Of a DNA stretch of 64,000 nucleotides, positions 12,428 to 26,727 are shown one piece after another (position 1 is the first letter of the stretch; each line of letters begins with the position of its first letter). The notes under the pieces are model-generated. The model saw only the letters and a program-made list of their open reading frames with translations. It was not told the origin of the DNA and searched no databases. The DNA lies in assembly GCA_964247055.1 (NCBI GenBank), contig OZ176055.1, forward strand, positions 5,456,001-5,520,000, read 5' to 3'. The position numbers and the translations under genes were made by a program. The DNA is from Paragordius varius. Its lineage: Eukaryota; Animalia; Nematomorpha.

Positions 12428-15400
12428 TCAGAAGAACCATTCTTTCTTTAAAGTATCAATTTGTCCAATAGGTCCCTTCATGATTGCAGTATCAGCATCA
12501 AGACAATCCTTTGAGCCTTTAGAAAAATAAATATATGTTAGACTTAACTTAAGGTAAATGTATAATATTTATGACATTTAAAACACAAATTTTGGAAAAT
12601 TAATAAATTAATACGCTATGAGTATATATTAACCTGCATCTTCATATGTAAGATAATCTCCTTTGTGCCGAGTATAATATTTGGCAATGAAAAATGCAAT
12701 GAAGAGGCACACCAAAAGGATGATAATTATAATGGCTAGATCATAGAATATAAAATAAATGTTCTGTTTTATTAAATAAAATGATATTTTCCAAAAAAAT
12801 CAAAAAAATATGATTATATATTATTTCGTTTATATTACTTAATATCGTAAGCTAAGCAGTTTCAAATGTTACAAATTTAGGCATTATATCAATATTAAAA
12901 TTATATATCTGCATCATAATTATCATGTTCAAATTGAAAAAAATATTATGAAACAAGAAAGGGCTATTGTCTTCAGAATTACCGAGTTTCCATCTTAGTC
13001 TCTTATTATTATCTAAAAATTAGAAGGGATTGTTAAAAAGAGAGGGCACCGTCCTCTCATAATGTGCGTGATAAGCCAGAGTTTAAAACCATTATCATCA
13101 GAGTATTTAAAAGCTTTAAAGAGCCCTTAATACAATTTAAGTCTTTACCCTTTATTAAAAAATACTATATATATAATATGATAAAAGATATTTACATACC
13201 AACCAATCCGGCTATAATGGCTCCAGTGTGTTTGGGACGGCCTCTGCCATATTTAATGTGCTCGAGAGGTGATATTTGTTGTTGATTAGAAAGTTCATTC
13301 CTCAGATCAACATTTATATCATCATCGTATGATATAAATTGGTCGTCATCATAAAAATTCAATGATTTATGTATATCAGGAGTTTCTGGTATAACATTAC
13401 ACATGTCCTCAATTAAATCCACATCTTGTAATTCAACCATACCATTGTAACCGTTCGAGGGGTAAACTAACAAATTAAACAATATAATAAAGCGGAGCCA
13501 AATATCCTATTACAATAACATTTAAATGGCTTAACAATGTCACATTAATAATTTATATAAATTCTCTCCATGTTTGAGAAAATGCTTATGATAAAATTAC
13601 ATATTTAGTGCATACACCTTTGATCTGTAATTTTGTAAAAATATATTTCTCTCCATCATCTGTAATAGATTATGAATATTTTATTAATCGCAAATTATTT
13701 ATAAACAAAGAATTACCTTGTTGATTAGTTGAGGTGGATGGATTGGCCAAACGCGTGACGCTAACATAATGAGGTCGAGGATCTCCAAAAACTTCTTTGA
13801 GCGGAAAATAATCTTCAAAAACGACGCGACTAATGCAGCCAACAAACCCTTTACCTGGTGGAGTTGTTTCGTTACGACCTAGCAAACACAATATTAATTC
13901 TAGTTTAAAATGTTGAATAATTTGAGATAACGTAATAAGAATATATGCAGCCCCTAGGGTGAATTTTATTTTGCACTTTTTTTCTAAGCACATAAAATCT
14001 GGAAATTGAATCTCCTCGTTATGATTAGGCAGGTCTACATATATCTTTCTTTAAAAATTCTATCGTTTTAGTAATGATTAAAAAACCTAAAGCATTTTTT
14101 TTTTTTAAAAAAAACGAAAGACCTATATATATGGCTTTAAGATCATCGAATTTCGTATCTTGACTCAGTCCAGTTTCGTAACGTTTAGTAAGTGGTTCAT
14201 AACTATCAACTTGAAGAACGATGGTTGAACCTGACCCAGTACGCCAAACATTAACTTCATGCAATTGGCCATTCGCATAAACCTGGCGATCATCGTTTAT
14301 TTCTTGGGGTTCGTATCCAAAATTAAAGCGAATCTTGAGTCCACCTGTGTGCAGCAAATTTGTATAATTTTACCCCAAAAAATTGTGCAATAGACTAAAA
14401 TGAGATTATAAGGTTTGTATTATTTTCAAGAAATGTTTGATCCCTAAAGAATGGTTATCTTATCATAATAAGCCAAATTAAAATTTATTCTATTTTTTAC
14501 GCTAAAGCATTCATTCCGATTGCTGAAAAGGTATAAATGCTTTTAAAAAATCATATTGGAATATTTTTATCACACATCATGTTTAATCTTTGAAATAATC
14601 GTTTTAACAATATTGAAGCCGTATAATGTTTAAATAAATCAACACACTATTTCATTCAAACTTATATTAATGTTATAAACGAAAATTATTAACGATTTTA
14701 TTATTAATACCAATAAAGGTTAATGTATCTTTAATATATAACACCTTTTTAATTTTTATTTAAAAGACTGTAAATGGAGTTACCATTATTCTGAATCTGA
14801 AGTGATATGAAATCGCCCGAATATGAGACTATTTCAAGCAAAACTCCCTGAAATTCCAGCGTAGAAAATGCAACACGCAAATGTTCACTTGTTGTGGTGA
14901 GTGTACCGATGGTCCGTGGGAAAGTATATTTAACCATTACATTCGATTTAAGATGTGTCCCAATGTCTTAAAAAATGAAAGCAGAATAAATGGTCAACAT
15001 TACTATACACTAAAAATTTGAGTTAAAAACAAAATTAAAAATTAGAGAGACAAATATTTTTTTTCAAAAAGACGGCCATATTTTTATAAATTTAATTTTT
15101 TGTATATGCACTTAAATTGTGGAATATATGATTGATAGTATTACCAATTTATATTTGTATATCTTATTTCGAAACCCAAAAGATTAAGGTTAAAAATATG
15201 TGATTGCTATTATTAAAAAATATTTGTCTTTAAAAACTTATTTTTTATCTGTAAAAACGGAATTATTAAATAAACATATTTATCAACTTGTGCAAAAGTT
15301 AAACCGTTAATGAATATAAATTATTTGTTAAATTTTAAGACCTTCGGTGCAAAAAGGACCCCTAAAAGCGGTCCAAGCACAATCGCAAATAGCATGAGAC

Positions 15401-18400
15401 CACATTTCATGACACGTCCCATTGTTACGACAAGGATATTGATTGGATTGACAAACACCTTGGCAGCCAATCACAATGCCCAAAGGTGAATTTATCAATG
15501 CTTTGGGTCGAACGGAATTTGACTAGAATTAAAAATCCATTAATTGATTTAGATTTAATATAATAAATACAATTATAAGATACCATAAACAGTTTTCCAT
15601 ATTTAATGGCATATAAATTTTCAAGTATTATTTTCAAAATGTTAAAGGAATCGATATTATGTTATTCATTAATTTTATATTCCGCAAGAAAATTGAAAAT
15701 AAAAATATAAAATTATAAAAGTGTAAAAAGTACAAAGAGATCGTTCTCATCATCGTTGGAACTATGGATCGTGTTTGGCGGCATAAATAATTTTTCATAA
15801 TCTCTGACTCGGGAAACCAAATCAATCAACTCTCCATTAATCATTAACATGCGTAGACAACCAATATAACCGTCTGTCATGTCTGAGCGACCACCTATAA
15901 AAGAAAATGGAAAAAAAATTATTTAAAAATAGGTTTCTAATCTTTTTTGTGTATCGCTGATTCATTCGTATTTTGCACGATTTATAAAATTTAACGGTTG
16001 TTAAGGTTTTAAAAAAACGATTTTATCCCTTACAGACTACATCTACTATCTTTGAGTTCTATAAAGTTAATTTAAAAAAAAGAGCAGATGTAAAAAGTTT
16101 TAGCCTTTATTCATTATAAATTATTATGTTTTTGGAATATTAAAACTGCAATAATCCGCAAATCTTCCGATACCAAGTTGGAGAAATAATTTTGATAATA
16201 ATGCGAATAAAAAACATCATATAAAAATTTATTAACATGACAAAATTAATTTTCGTCATAAAAATATCCTTTTCCCAATAACTAAATAAAATGGAGGAAT
16301 ACAAACCTATAACTAATTTTCGGGTTAATCTCAAATTTTGAAACAAAGTGTCACTTGATTCACCAGACACACTCCCACCGGCATTAGAATTTCCCACGGT
16401 GGAAGATAAATCAAAACTCGAAAATGCCGTTATCGATGATTTTGCATATTGAGCCAAAACGGCTGGTCTATAATGATCAACTTGCAATTTGAGTTCTTTT
16501 ACATTCCATTCCAATGAAACGCTGTGCCATGTATTGTCAGCCAAAGTTTCAGTCGCATGAACAGATAAACTCTTGGTTAAGGTCTGGGCTATTATAAGAT
16601 TGTTTTGGGAATGATACATCATGAAAAAAAAACTACGTGATAATTAAGCATTTTAATTAATTAATTGAATATAAGTATAATTGACAACAACTGCGATTAA
16701 CTAAAAAATATAAAAATATTAAATTCCAGGTTATATGAAAACCTATTTTTTGAAATAAAAGAAAAGAGATACCGTTTAACTCAAAATATAATTTTTATTT
16801 ATTTTAATATTTTTTCAATCAATCTTGTTATAACTGATTCTAAATAAATAAAGTCACGGTTTAATCAGTGGTTTTAAAATAAAATCACTTTTTAAAAATG
16901 AAGTAGACACCAGACTAAATTTTTACAAATAAAAAACCATTAATAATTTAATGACCCCAAGATACTAATTCTCTCTCCACAGAACAACATCAAATGTAGA
17001 TAGTTAGTTAAAATCTTATAGTTAAAAGGCGATTATAAAAAGTGCGTATACTTTCTCGGATTCTTCCTTGACCAGCCATGAAATTCGAATTATCCAGAGT
17101 ATTGGGGACACTACGACCATCCTTGTCGTAATTATTATTATTGTTATTACCAATTCTAAACTCCAATCTAATCACATTCCCATCCAAAAGTCTCAATGTC
17201 AAGGCATCTTGTCCAGCATTAGTTCCCAAGTTTTCGAAGAAAACACCAAAATTATGGGATGTTCTGAAATCAAAGCTTATTAGTCCATGCGTTGCTATCG
17301 GCAACGGTCTGTCCCATGTCAGTATGGCACGAGCAGATTTGAATGTGACAACATTGTTATGTAGCAAGTCACCGCGACACACAAGCGGTCCAAGGCTAAA
17401 GAAAGCTTTACGAAGTTTATTAGGGGTGCTTGTAATTGCATTTGTCCCTATTAGGGTACCCGTATCACCAACCCTATTATGATATCATATCATATTAATA
17501 CGATTTAAAAATATTGTACACAGAATATTTTAAAAAACATATAGAATTAACGTTAAACTAACGTTAAATTTTTTGGTAGGGATATAACTAACAACTTTGT
17601 TTCCGCAATATAAAAAGATAATTTGTTATATGTGGTAATTTTTTTGATTTCGAAATAAGAGAATCCATTGTTAGTGCATAATATAATAAGAATAAATAAA
17701 CTAAATATTTTTCAATAAACTAATTAGTATTTATTTATTTTAATAAATCAGCATTCAATCCTATCGATATAAAAAAATTGGGTGTTTAAAAAAATGTTAT
17801 AAATTAGACATTGGGTGGTCGTTAAACCACGATAAAAACTAATTTTGTTTTACTTAACTAAAAATATCAAAAATTAAAATTTAAAAATAAATTACAAAAT
17901 ATATTGAGTTATCATATTTTATAATAAAAAATTCATTAAAAATATCTGTTTTTATGATAAAAATTTTAATGCAAAAACTACTTGTCAAGTTTACACGGTA
18001 TGTAAAGCAAAAACCTCGCTTCAACTTATCTACCACATGTACTCGTAGAATCATGGTATAAAACTTAAATTTTAAAATTTGTCTATTCAATACTAACAGT
18101 ATTAGGATATAAAATTTATGCAAAAACACCAAAATCAATCCAAAATTCATTATAAAAAAAACGTACGCAATCGCTGTAACCGGTAAGTATTGAAGTTCTG
18201 TCAACGTGCCAGCATCCCGTTCAATCCTATCGGGTAGGAAGGCGTCACAATTACAATATTTGGAAGGATCAATACAGGTTCGCGTAACACCACAAGCGCA
18301 CATCCCTGAACCGACGGGAGCGCCTGCCCAATGTTTCATGGGCTGACCGGTGCGGGAGACCCACCAACTCATTGGTTCCGCCACATCTCGAGCTAAAATA

Positions 18401-21400
18401 TATTACAGTAATATATTATAGTCATGTATGTTTAGAATTATCAAACATACGTTTTAATTGTTATGATGTTTGATATGTTAACTTTCAACATGCGCATTTT
18501 TAAGCCTTAAAATAATAATAGCCGATTATTGTAAACAATTAAAAACAAAGTAAAATCAATTAAAAACGTATACTTGACAATTCTACACATACGTGACTGT
18601 AATGTAGCCAATAGAAAATATAATTGACCTACATTAAGTATACTGAATCTGGAAATAAACAAAATATACGTGACAATACACTAAAAATAATTTGTAAAAT
18701 ATCTTTCATAATATTGATATCAAATCTTTAATGCGTAACCATTCTCAAATCAATTTTATTTTAAAAACTAAATAATATTCATTATTTATTATCATATGAT
18801 CAAGTAAATTAAAGGGCTGGCTTACATGGTGAATTCATAAGTTTAGCTTGCAAACATTCGTACACAAGACTTTGCGTACACCCTGTTGTTAGAGTTGCAA
18901 CATTTTTTCCGTTTTTATTGTAAGCATTTTGTTGATTATTAATGTGGAGACCTCCGGCCGTGCGATTTATAAAAAATTCAAGATGCAAAGGATTACGGCC
19001 TAAACCATCATATACTATGGGTTGGACAAAACTGCCAGCCTTATCATACCCAGTAACTTGAATCCGTTCCCCTTGTATTTGATGGCCGATAATAGTTTTA
19101 GTATAATATCTACGATATAAAGGAATAAAGATGAAAACATTTTAAATATATATCAAAACTTTGTTATATTAAATTATTGCTCGTTTTGATATGCATTATT
19201 ATTTTTTGTATATTTGGTTAGTATCTATCGGCAAAATTTAAGAAATCTTCATAACTCCCGATTTAAAAGCGATTTAATATTTATATTAAATTTAACTTAT
19301 ATTGTAGCGCTAAAACTAATATATTAAATTAACCATTGGAAAGCATTAACTAGCCATATATTAACTTGGTTAAAATAGTTAGTTCGCGAATTACAACTCA
19401 GGTTAAAATAATGATTATACATATATATATGCTTACTTTATAAAAACAAAAAATATGATAATAATATACGTTTCATCTGTTAATGAATGATCCATAGAAA
19501 ACTTTTGTGTTGTGCGACTCGAATCAATTTCCTCAAAACTACAAATGACAGGAATGGGCTCTAATGGGCCACTTCCATCTAAATCGATATAGATTGGGGT
19601 TCCGCCTTGGTTGTTGTTACTGAAATCGTCTATCGGGTATAAAATATACAGTAAATTAAAATTATACAGTAAACTAAATATTTATTACAAGAAAACAATA
19701 CTTTTAAAACTTTTATTTTTCATATAAGCTATTAAATTACATCAATTTATAATTGGAAGGTATTAACAAACTACATCTCTATTCCCTTTAGAAACCCTAA
19801 TAAGTTATGTTTAAAAAATCAACTTAAATATAATTTTTTAGAAATCAAATTTTTAGTTTTTTTGTTTTGTTTGTATATTTTCCTTTTTATTTTCTTTTAA
19901 CTATTATACAAAAACATGTAATTAATAGCATTTTACCGTTTGATATAATGTTGCCTAAGTTAGTTATGATTGAATGCGGATATAAATGACCCTTAAGCCT
20001 AAATGCATGACATGAAGGTGGGTGAATGGGTGATAGACAAACAGCTCCAGTATACCTATCAATTAAACGGAAGAAATTATTATAATTAAAATCTTACATT
20101 TTATATAAAAGGAAAAGGAAAATCTAATTTGTATAATTTTTATTTTTTAATTAGAATAAATTAAACATATTTTTGTGTAAAGGGTCCCCAATTTTTGTGA
20201 ATTTTTAAAAAATACCGGTGATGGCATCATAAAAACAAACAAAATTTTCAAATGATGGAATTTTATGGCCTCGTGGGAGGAAAAAATCCTATTTTACTGT
20301 AATTATCCGAAGCGGATAAGAAAAAAGATTTAACCGAAGTAATAATAGCAGTATTTGTATTGGACTAAATTTTTGAATAACCAATATATATTGGGGGTAG
20401 ACGCCATTTAAAAGAAGTAATGGAAAAATATAAATTAAAAAATACTGATTGTCAATATTTTGTCTATCTTAGAGCAAATTATTTTTAAGTTTTACTAATA
20501 TATCACACTTGATAAGAATGTGATGATAAATTGTAAATAAAATAAATCATATCAAAAAGATAACCCTGTATTAAGGCAATCACATTTAAAGTCCTGCCAA
20601 TCTTGGGTACATTTGCCACCATGGAAACAGGGATTAGGTGTGCATCTATCAAATTTATACGATATTAAATATTTTTTATGAGATGTGGATTATAAATATA
20701 AATTATCAATTTGTTTTATACATAACATATAAAATATACCGATCGACGATACTGCAGGTATCAGACACAATGGATGAAGGCATGTTTATAAATCTTTTCC
20801 CATCCTTATTTATATCAGGATCGGTCAACATGGCCGTAAGAGGTAACAATCGACTATCAAGATAAACTGAACGTAAACATCCTAAAAATCCGGGTGAATC
20901 ATTTTCTTGATTTGAACCTCCTAAATATTTTAAATATATCACAATACATTATAAGCACTTATTTTGTAAAACAACTTTTGACAAAATGAGTAAACCTGCA
21001 ATGTAATAGTAAGGACCAGTTCGTACATCTATTTTACGTTTTGTGATAGATTTGTATCGATGATCCAACTCAACATGTAATTCGTTTGGGCGAACATGGA
21101 TAATAATATAATGCCAAATACCATCATTGAGTAATTGTATGGCACTTTCACCGTCAAATGGTTCAATTATATGTTCAAAACCTACAATTATGACATATAA
21201 AACATATTTGTTTGAATTATAAATGTTCATCAAAGTAGAAATAAAATTTTATATAAATTGGCATTTTTACCTTTATTATTTCCCCATGTATTCATTCGCA
21301 AATCGTCGTTTTTATGTTTAGGAACCAAAACTAATTTGACAAATAATCGACCTAAAAAAATAAGGAGATTCTATAGATTCACATTCTTTTCCCCCGCAAA

Positions 21401-23843
21401 CGCGATCAATTAATATAATAAAAATTATTTGAATAATACCTTCATGTAGATAAACACTCAAATATTCAATTATATGAATGCCTTGTTCATTATTATTATT
21501 ATTATTGTTGATGTTTTGGTTAGCATTCCCATTTCTAAAAGATGCATAGGGATCCCTAGAGTTTGAAAGTGCATTATTTTGTTCAAAAATGTGATGTGCA
21601 ATCAAACCGCGACCATGGAAAGTCCTAAATTCACATGAAATATTAAGGGCACTTATGCCTTGTAAAGCCGGCCACCTAATATAAGCATCAGGGTGTGTGA
21701 ATGTAAGAGTAGGGGTTTTCTTAATCTATTTATGCGCAAATTTTAAAAATACAAATCAATCATTGATCCGTATATTGGTGGAAGTATGTTTAAGCTTAGA
21801 AATGTGACAACTTATGAGATTTTGGGCGGGATTTGACCCGTTGTGGCTATATTTATGACCGTGATTGTGACCGATTTTAAAAATGATTGGTCATATACTT
21901 TCAAAAATAAAATATCTAAAGTTTGATATTGAAAATTACTAAAACATTCAATTTTATCAATGTTGCTAAATATTAAAATATTTTTTGTGAATTAATTTTT
22001 ATTTATCTAGACCATCTTATTGCATATTTGGTATTAATTACTGGTTAGTATCTTGAATGACTGCATTAATAAGCGACTAATTCGGTTTTGGTTAGTATCT
22101 AATGAAAATAAAAACAGTTTGTGATTAACCGAGTTTTGTCATCAAAGGTCCAAAAATTCTATATTGAAAAGGAGGTTTATATTTGTTAATGTTTTAACAA
22201 ATGCAAAAGATTCTGATAAAAATGCATCTATCTCTTTAATAACTTATAAAACGCTTTTAAAAGGGATAAATACATTATTTTAATAATAAGCGTATATCCT
22301 AAACAAAAAACTATTTGGAAGTGTAGCTTACAAATTAATTATGTTGGTAAATACACCAAAAATATTCTAATAAAAAGACTATGAATGTAACCAAAAATTT
22401 TATAATCATGCCCTTTAATTAACTATAACAATACTTGTAACTATATTATTAGGAATTTACCATTTATACAATTTGTATATTGGTAAAATTACTTTACAAA
22501 TATCATCCAGTTGAAAGTTTAAATTTTGTTTATTTTTTGGGACCAAAGATGCGCTGCTGATATCTTTTTGAACATAACTCGTACCAGATATAAATTCCAT
22601 ATCACTTTTACGTTTTCTCGTTTGAAAAACGATATTAACATCATTAATTATAATATTATCCATACATCCAATAAAAGGTTGATTAAAATGATTGAACATG
22701 GAAAAATCGGCATTTGTTTCAAGCTGAGCGTGATCAAACTGTTGATTTGGGTCATACACGGCACCAAAAGTTATCTATAAAATATATTACCTTTTTTAAA
22801 AGCACAAAAAAAATAACTGCTAGGAGAAACAGATATTCATTACACTAGACAACAAATTTTAACTTTTTTTAACTGCCATTCTTGTAAATTTAAAATTTAT
22901 TTCATTAAAGTACATAATTAGTATATCTGAAAAGAAAATTGGTCTGACACATAAAAAATTTTTTAAATTAGAGTTTATCGATAATTTTGGCCTTAATTTA
23001 ACATTAAACTCGAAATTTTGAAAATGAAAAGTTTTAGATATGAAGCCATATATTTTATATTATTCGAAAGAGCGTGAAAAACTGTATCTTTCAAATGGTA
23101 GTAAGTCATTTATATCAATCGGATGTATAAGTTATTTGGGTTATGATCGAAATTTTCAACCCTTATATAAGTCAAAAATTTTCACAAACAAACTAATTGG
23201 AAAATCATATATTTTAATATAATTATTAGAGTTATATTATATTTAATATAAAAAAAATGTTTGAAAAAGCTTTTGGTTTGCTTTTTTTATAAAAATTATT
23301 AATCATAATTTTACCTAGTGGATACTAAAATGCATAATTATAACTGTAAATTTATTACATAATGCCTATAAAAGATCAATACCTTAAACTTTGTTTTTAT
23401 CTTTAAAATTTCGAAATTATTAGCCTCTAAAGAAAATAAATTAATATTGATGAGATGGTAATTTTTAAAAAAACAAAAAACTTAAAAATGGCTGTTTTGA
23501 GTGACATAAAAGCAATAAAAAAATGTTTTAATCAAAAAACTTTCTTGTTTTATCTTTTTTGGACATTCATCACCATCTAAACAAAGTTTGAGCTATTTTC
23601 ATCCATTAGTTTTAAAAATATAATAATTAAAAAAAGTGCTCTCGCTTCGCGCGTTTGTCGCTCTTTGTGTCCAATAATAACTTCCAGTGGCAGAAAAATT
23701 TGTTGTCCAGTGTTATATATACCATTTACAATTCAAATTCACCCTTAAACAATTCAAATTCACCCTTGAACAATTCAAATTCACCCTCGAACAATTCAAA
23801 TTCACCCTCAAATAATATATATGTGTTTTAAGATTAAAAATTA

Positions 23844-23891
<48 letters not shown>

Positions 23892-26293
23892 AAAAAGAAG
23901 TATTTTGTTCTAAATTAAAATAATACTGAAAAAATAATAAACTACACCATAAACATATATTTCATATTAGTGATGAGTTATATTAGTTCGAAAACACATA
24001 ATTTATTTTTAGGGTGAATTTGAATTGTTCAAGGGTGAATTCGAATTGTTCAAGGGTGAATTTGATGTTCAAGGGTGAATTTGAACTGTAAATGGTATAT
24101 TTTCACTCTATAACAAATCCAAAAGCATATAAAGTTGTAATTTAACTGTATGAAAAAAATTAAAGTATAATTATCATACAAATTTATATTATATTGATAT
24201 TAATATTTAACTTGATTAAACATTAAAAAGGAATCCAAATATTGTAAATTAGATAATAACACAGATTTTTTATTTTATATTGGTTGCAAACGCAAAAAAA
24301 TTGAAGATAAAATAAGATGTTTTTTAAGATTTTGGTAAATACAGTTCATATAGTGTTAAATTTTAATCGATAAAAAATTACCCATGTATCCAAATTTAAA
24401 CGACTATAATTGCTTGTGATAAGCATGGAAGATTTAGTTTGATCCACCAAAAGTGTAATATTATTGTATTGAGGGGAAACAGAATTTTCCCGAATAATAA
24501 TCACATCGTGCCAAAGATTGTCATCAATTAAATTTCCTGCGGTTAAAATGTGTGGTGTTTTGATGCCTTAATAAAAAATAATTGAATCTATTAAAGCAAT
24601 CTCAAATTTAGCTTAAAGTATAAATTGTAATAATAATTTACTCAAAAAGATTTAATGTTTAAAATTTTTTTTAACAATTAAGTAGTACTAAACACAAAAA
24701 TTTATGCATTTTATGTTAATATATACATACCTCCCATGCTAAGATACAATCGTAATTGGCTTTTATGTAATGTGACAATTAAAGTATCGCCTTGAGAACC
24801 CTGGCTATTTATAAGGACGCCATCAGATTTTTGGGTCAAAAATCTTAGCTTTATAAATTCATCTAGCGTCTCAAGTGGACGGTGCGTTAAATTATAACGA
24901 ATCATATCATAGGGCCGATCAAACGAAACAATATTTGGATCTATTAAAAAAGACATTAATTAAGAGAGTTTTAATAAAATTTAACACATATTTTAAATGA
25001 TTTTTCATTAATTATGCAAAAAATAAATTTATAGCAAAAACGTCAAAATAAACATACATATTTTAAACCCTTAATTTTTCAGAATAAAACATATCGTTTG
25101 CGTTACAAAATATGCAGAAAATAATTAAAAACACTCTGAATTATAAATTTATTCCACTTTAAAAAATTCAAATTTTAAAAATTATGGCTGCTTTTATAAA
25201 TAAATGTTTAATAACCGTTTAGTTTTATGTTTTGTCTATAATAATTTGAATTTTTACTCTAAAAATATAATAAAAATAAAATTACGATAATCGCATCCGT
25301 AGAGTTCCAATCGCAGTGAGATTAGATTATTCCAACGAACTGGATTGATTCGAATATATTTTGCTATGATTGGCGGATAAAATATGTTCCGTATTACCGT
25401 GCTACCATCATTATTTCCTTGGAAAAGCTACAGTAAAACATAATATAAAATTGAAGTTTAAAACAGTGGTACTTGTCAAAAAAATTTAAGGGCCGCAAAA
25501 AGTATTTATCATGTCTCAAGAGTCATGTACATTATAATATCAACAAAACTTTATAACTTTTTAAAACATTTGCAGATAATTGTAATCAAAATGTACAAAA
25601 ATTATAAATAATTCAGGGTCATAAAAAAGCATTTTCAGGGCCGCGGTTTAAATACAACTGGTTTGGAATTTAATATTAACAAATCACATCACCCAGGAAT
25701 CGCAGGAAACAAAATTTAATCTGTATTTAATTTCGACTGAAACAAAAATTAAATTTAAACAGAATATTGTGTAAAGACACATCGTGGAAAGATTAGTAAT
25801 TATAATATAAATATATATTATTAAATTATGGCATATAGAGAGGTCACTTTACAATAAAATATAAAATAGTCCTTATATACCTTGGGTAAACCTCTAGCGT
25901 TTTTATATACAATCCAGGTTTTATTGTCAGAGCTATAAAAAATATAATATTCTGAGACATATTCCATGGAATTGGGTGTCCCTTGTGTTGAAATGGATGT
26001 AATTTGTCTAATTTTTTGCAAATCAATTTGCAAAAATTGATTGGAATCAACTAAGCTTGATGTCCATGCTTGTTATTAAAAAATTGTTAACCTAATTCAT
26101 TGTTTAAGCGTGCATAATATGGATGTTTTCCGTTGATTGATGTAGAGGAAGCAGAAAAAGCAGAATTGGGTAATTTATTTTCGCTTAAACCAAGCGAATT
26201 ATCACATCTTTCATAATAACTGTAAACGACTACAATATATTATAACGTTCTACCTTTTACAAAATAAAGCCAAAAAAATAAAAATGTTTTCAT
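12428..26293 (-). CDS. Nrx-IV: Neurexin IV / contactin-associated protein (CASPR) homolog, 25 exons, about 1611 aa
   Basis: Exons 26293-26254, 26229-26092, 26068-25881, 25427-25286, 24940-24731, 24566-24382, 22774-22493, 21725-21383, 21181-20996, 20920-20740, 20645-20565, 20055-19937, 19629-19470, 19109-18826, 18392-18167, 17473-17052, 16588-16307, 15894-15734, 15522-15342, 14966-14784, 14344-14123, 13878-13717, 13466-13200, 12735-12634, 12516-12428 (4836 nt, phases consistent). Domain order: signal peptide [17 protein letters not shown], discoidin ([21 protein letters not shown]), LamG, LamG, EGF ([12 protein letters not shown]), fibrinogen-like ([12 protein letters not shown]; SWWVSRTG), LamG, EGF, LamG, TM, band-4.1 motif [11 protein letters not shown]-terminal PDZ-binding EWFF*. 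Boundaries at 21383 and 19470 are the least certain. Confidence 0.93.
23720..24097. mobile_element. TA-flanked MITE (family A) with 21-bp subterminal arrays and a central (TA)n, in the longest Nrx-IV intron
   Basis: TA|TACCATTTACAATTCAAATTCACCCT ... AGGGTGAATTTGAACTGTAAATGGTA|TA; about 4 copies of ACAATTCAAATTCACCCTTGA in each arm; (TA)n at about 23828-23888. Confidence 0.85.
26069..26091 (-). other. 23-nt GT-AG micro-intron (Nrx-IV coding intron 2)
   Basis: GTTAACAATTTTTTAATAACAAG separates ..YARLNNEL from [17 protein letters not shown]; both flanking frames hit TAA within it. Confidence 0.8.
26230..26253 (-). other. 24-nt GT-AG micro-intron (Nrx-IV coding intron 1)
   Basis: GTAGAACGTTATAATATATTGTAG contains an in-frame TAA; removal joins [13 protein letters not shown] to [14 protein letters not shown], giving a complete signal peptide. 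Confidence 0.7.
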
Positions 26294-26727
26294 CGTTTAT
26301 TGTCCATATGTTAATCCGCAACAATGAACACAATTCATGGCAGATATTTGTTAAAAGGTAGTATCTTATACATTAATTATATCCAATGGTAAATAAAAAT
26401 AAGATAAAAGAATTCCAATTGGTATTCTCTGTAAAACTAAATTAATATAAGTTAGGCGAATACATCTATATATATGTTTAATTTGGTATTCGAATAGTTT
26501 TTTGGAAAACGTGGTGGCTAATAAATTTAATTATTTAATGCTCCGAAGTGACTCCTTTTTTGAACTACATGATAAGTGTGAAGGGGGGATAAAAGTTTTT
26601 TGAAATGAGTTGGATGTATGTTTTCGAAATGTTTACATATTTAGTTTGAATAAAGAGTTTTTTTTACAAATGCATTAACTGAGCCCTTACATAAGCCTAT
26701 TATCATCCCATAAAATGGAGTTTTGAC

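Noticed and set aside
26051-26091. 41-nt alternative for Nrx-IV intron 2 using the AG at 26051-26052
   Set aside because: It is in phase but deletes AWTSSL, including the conserved discoidin Trp. It would still be unusually short.
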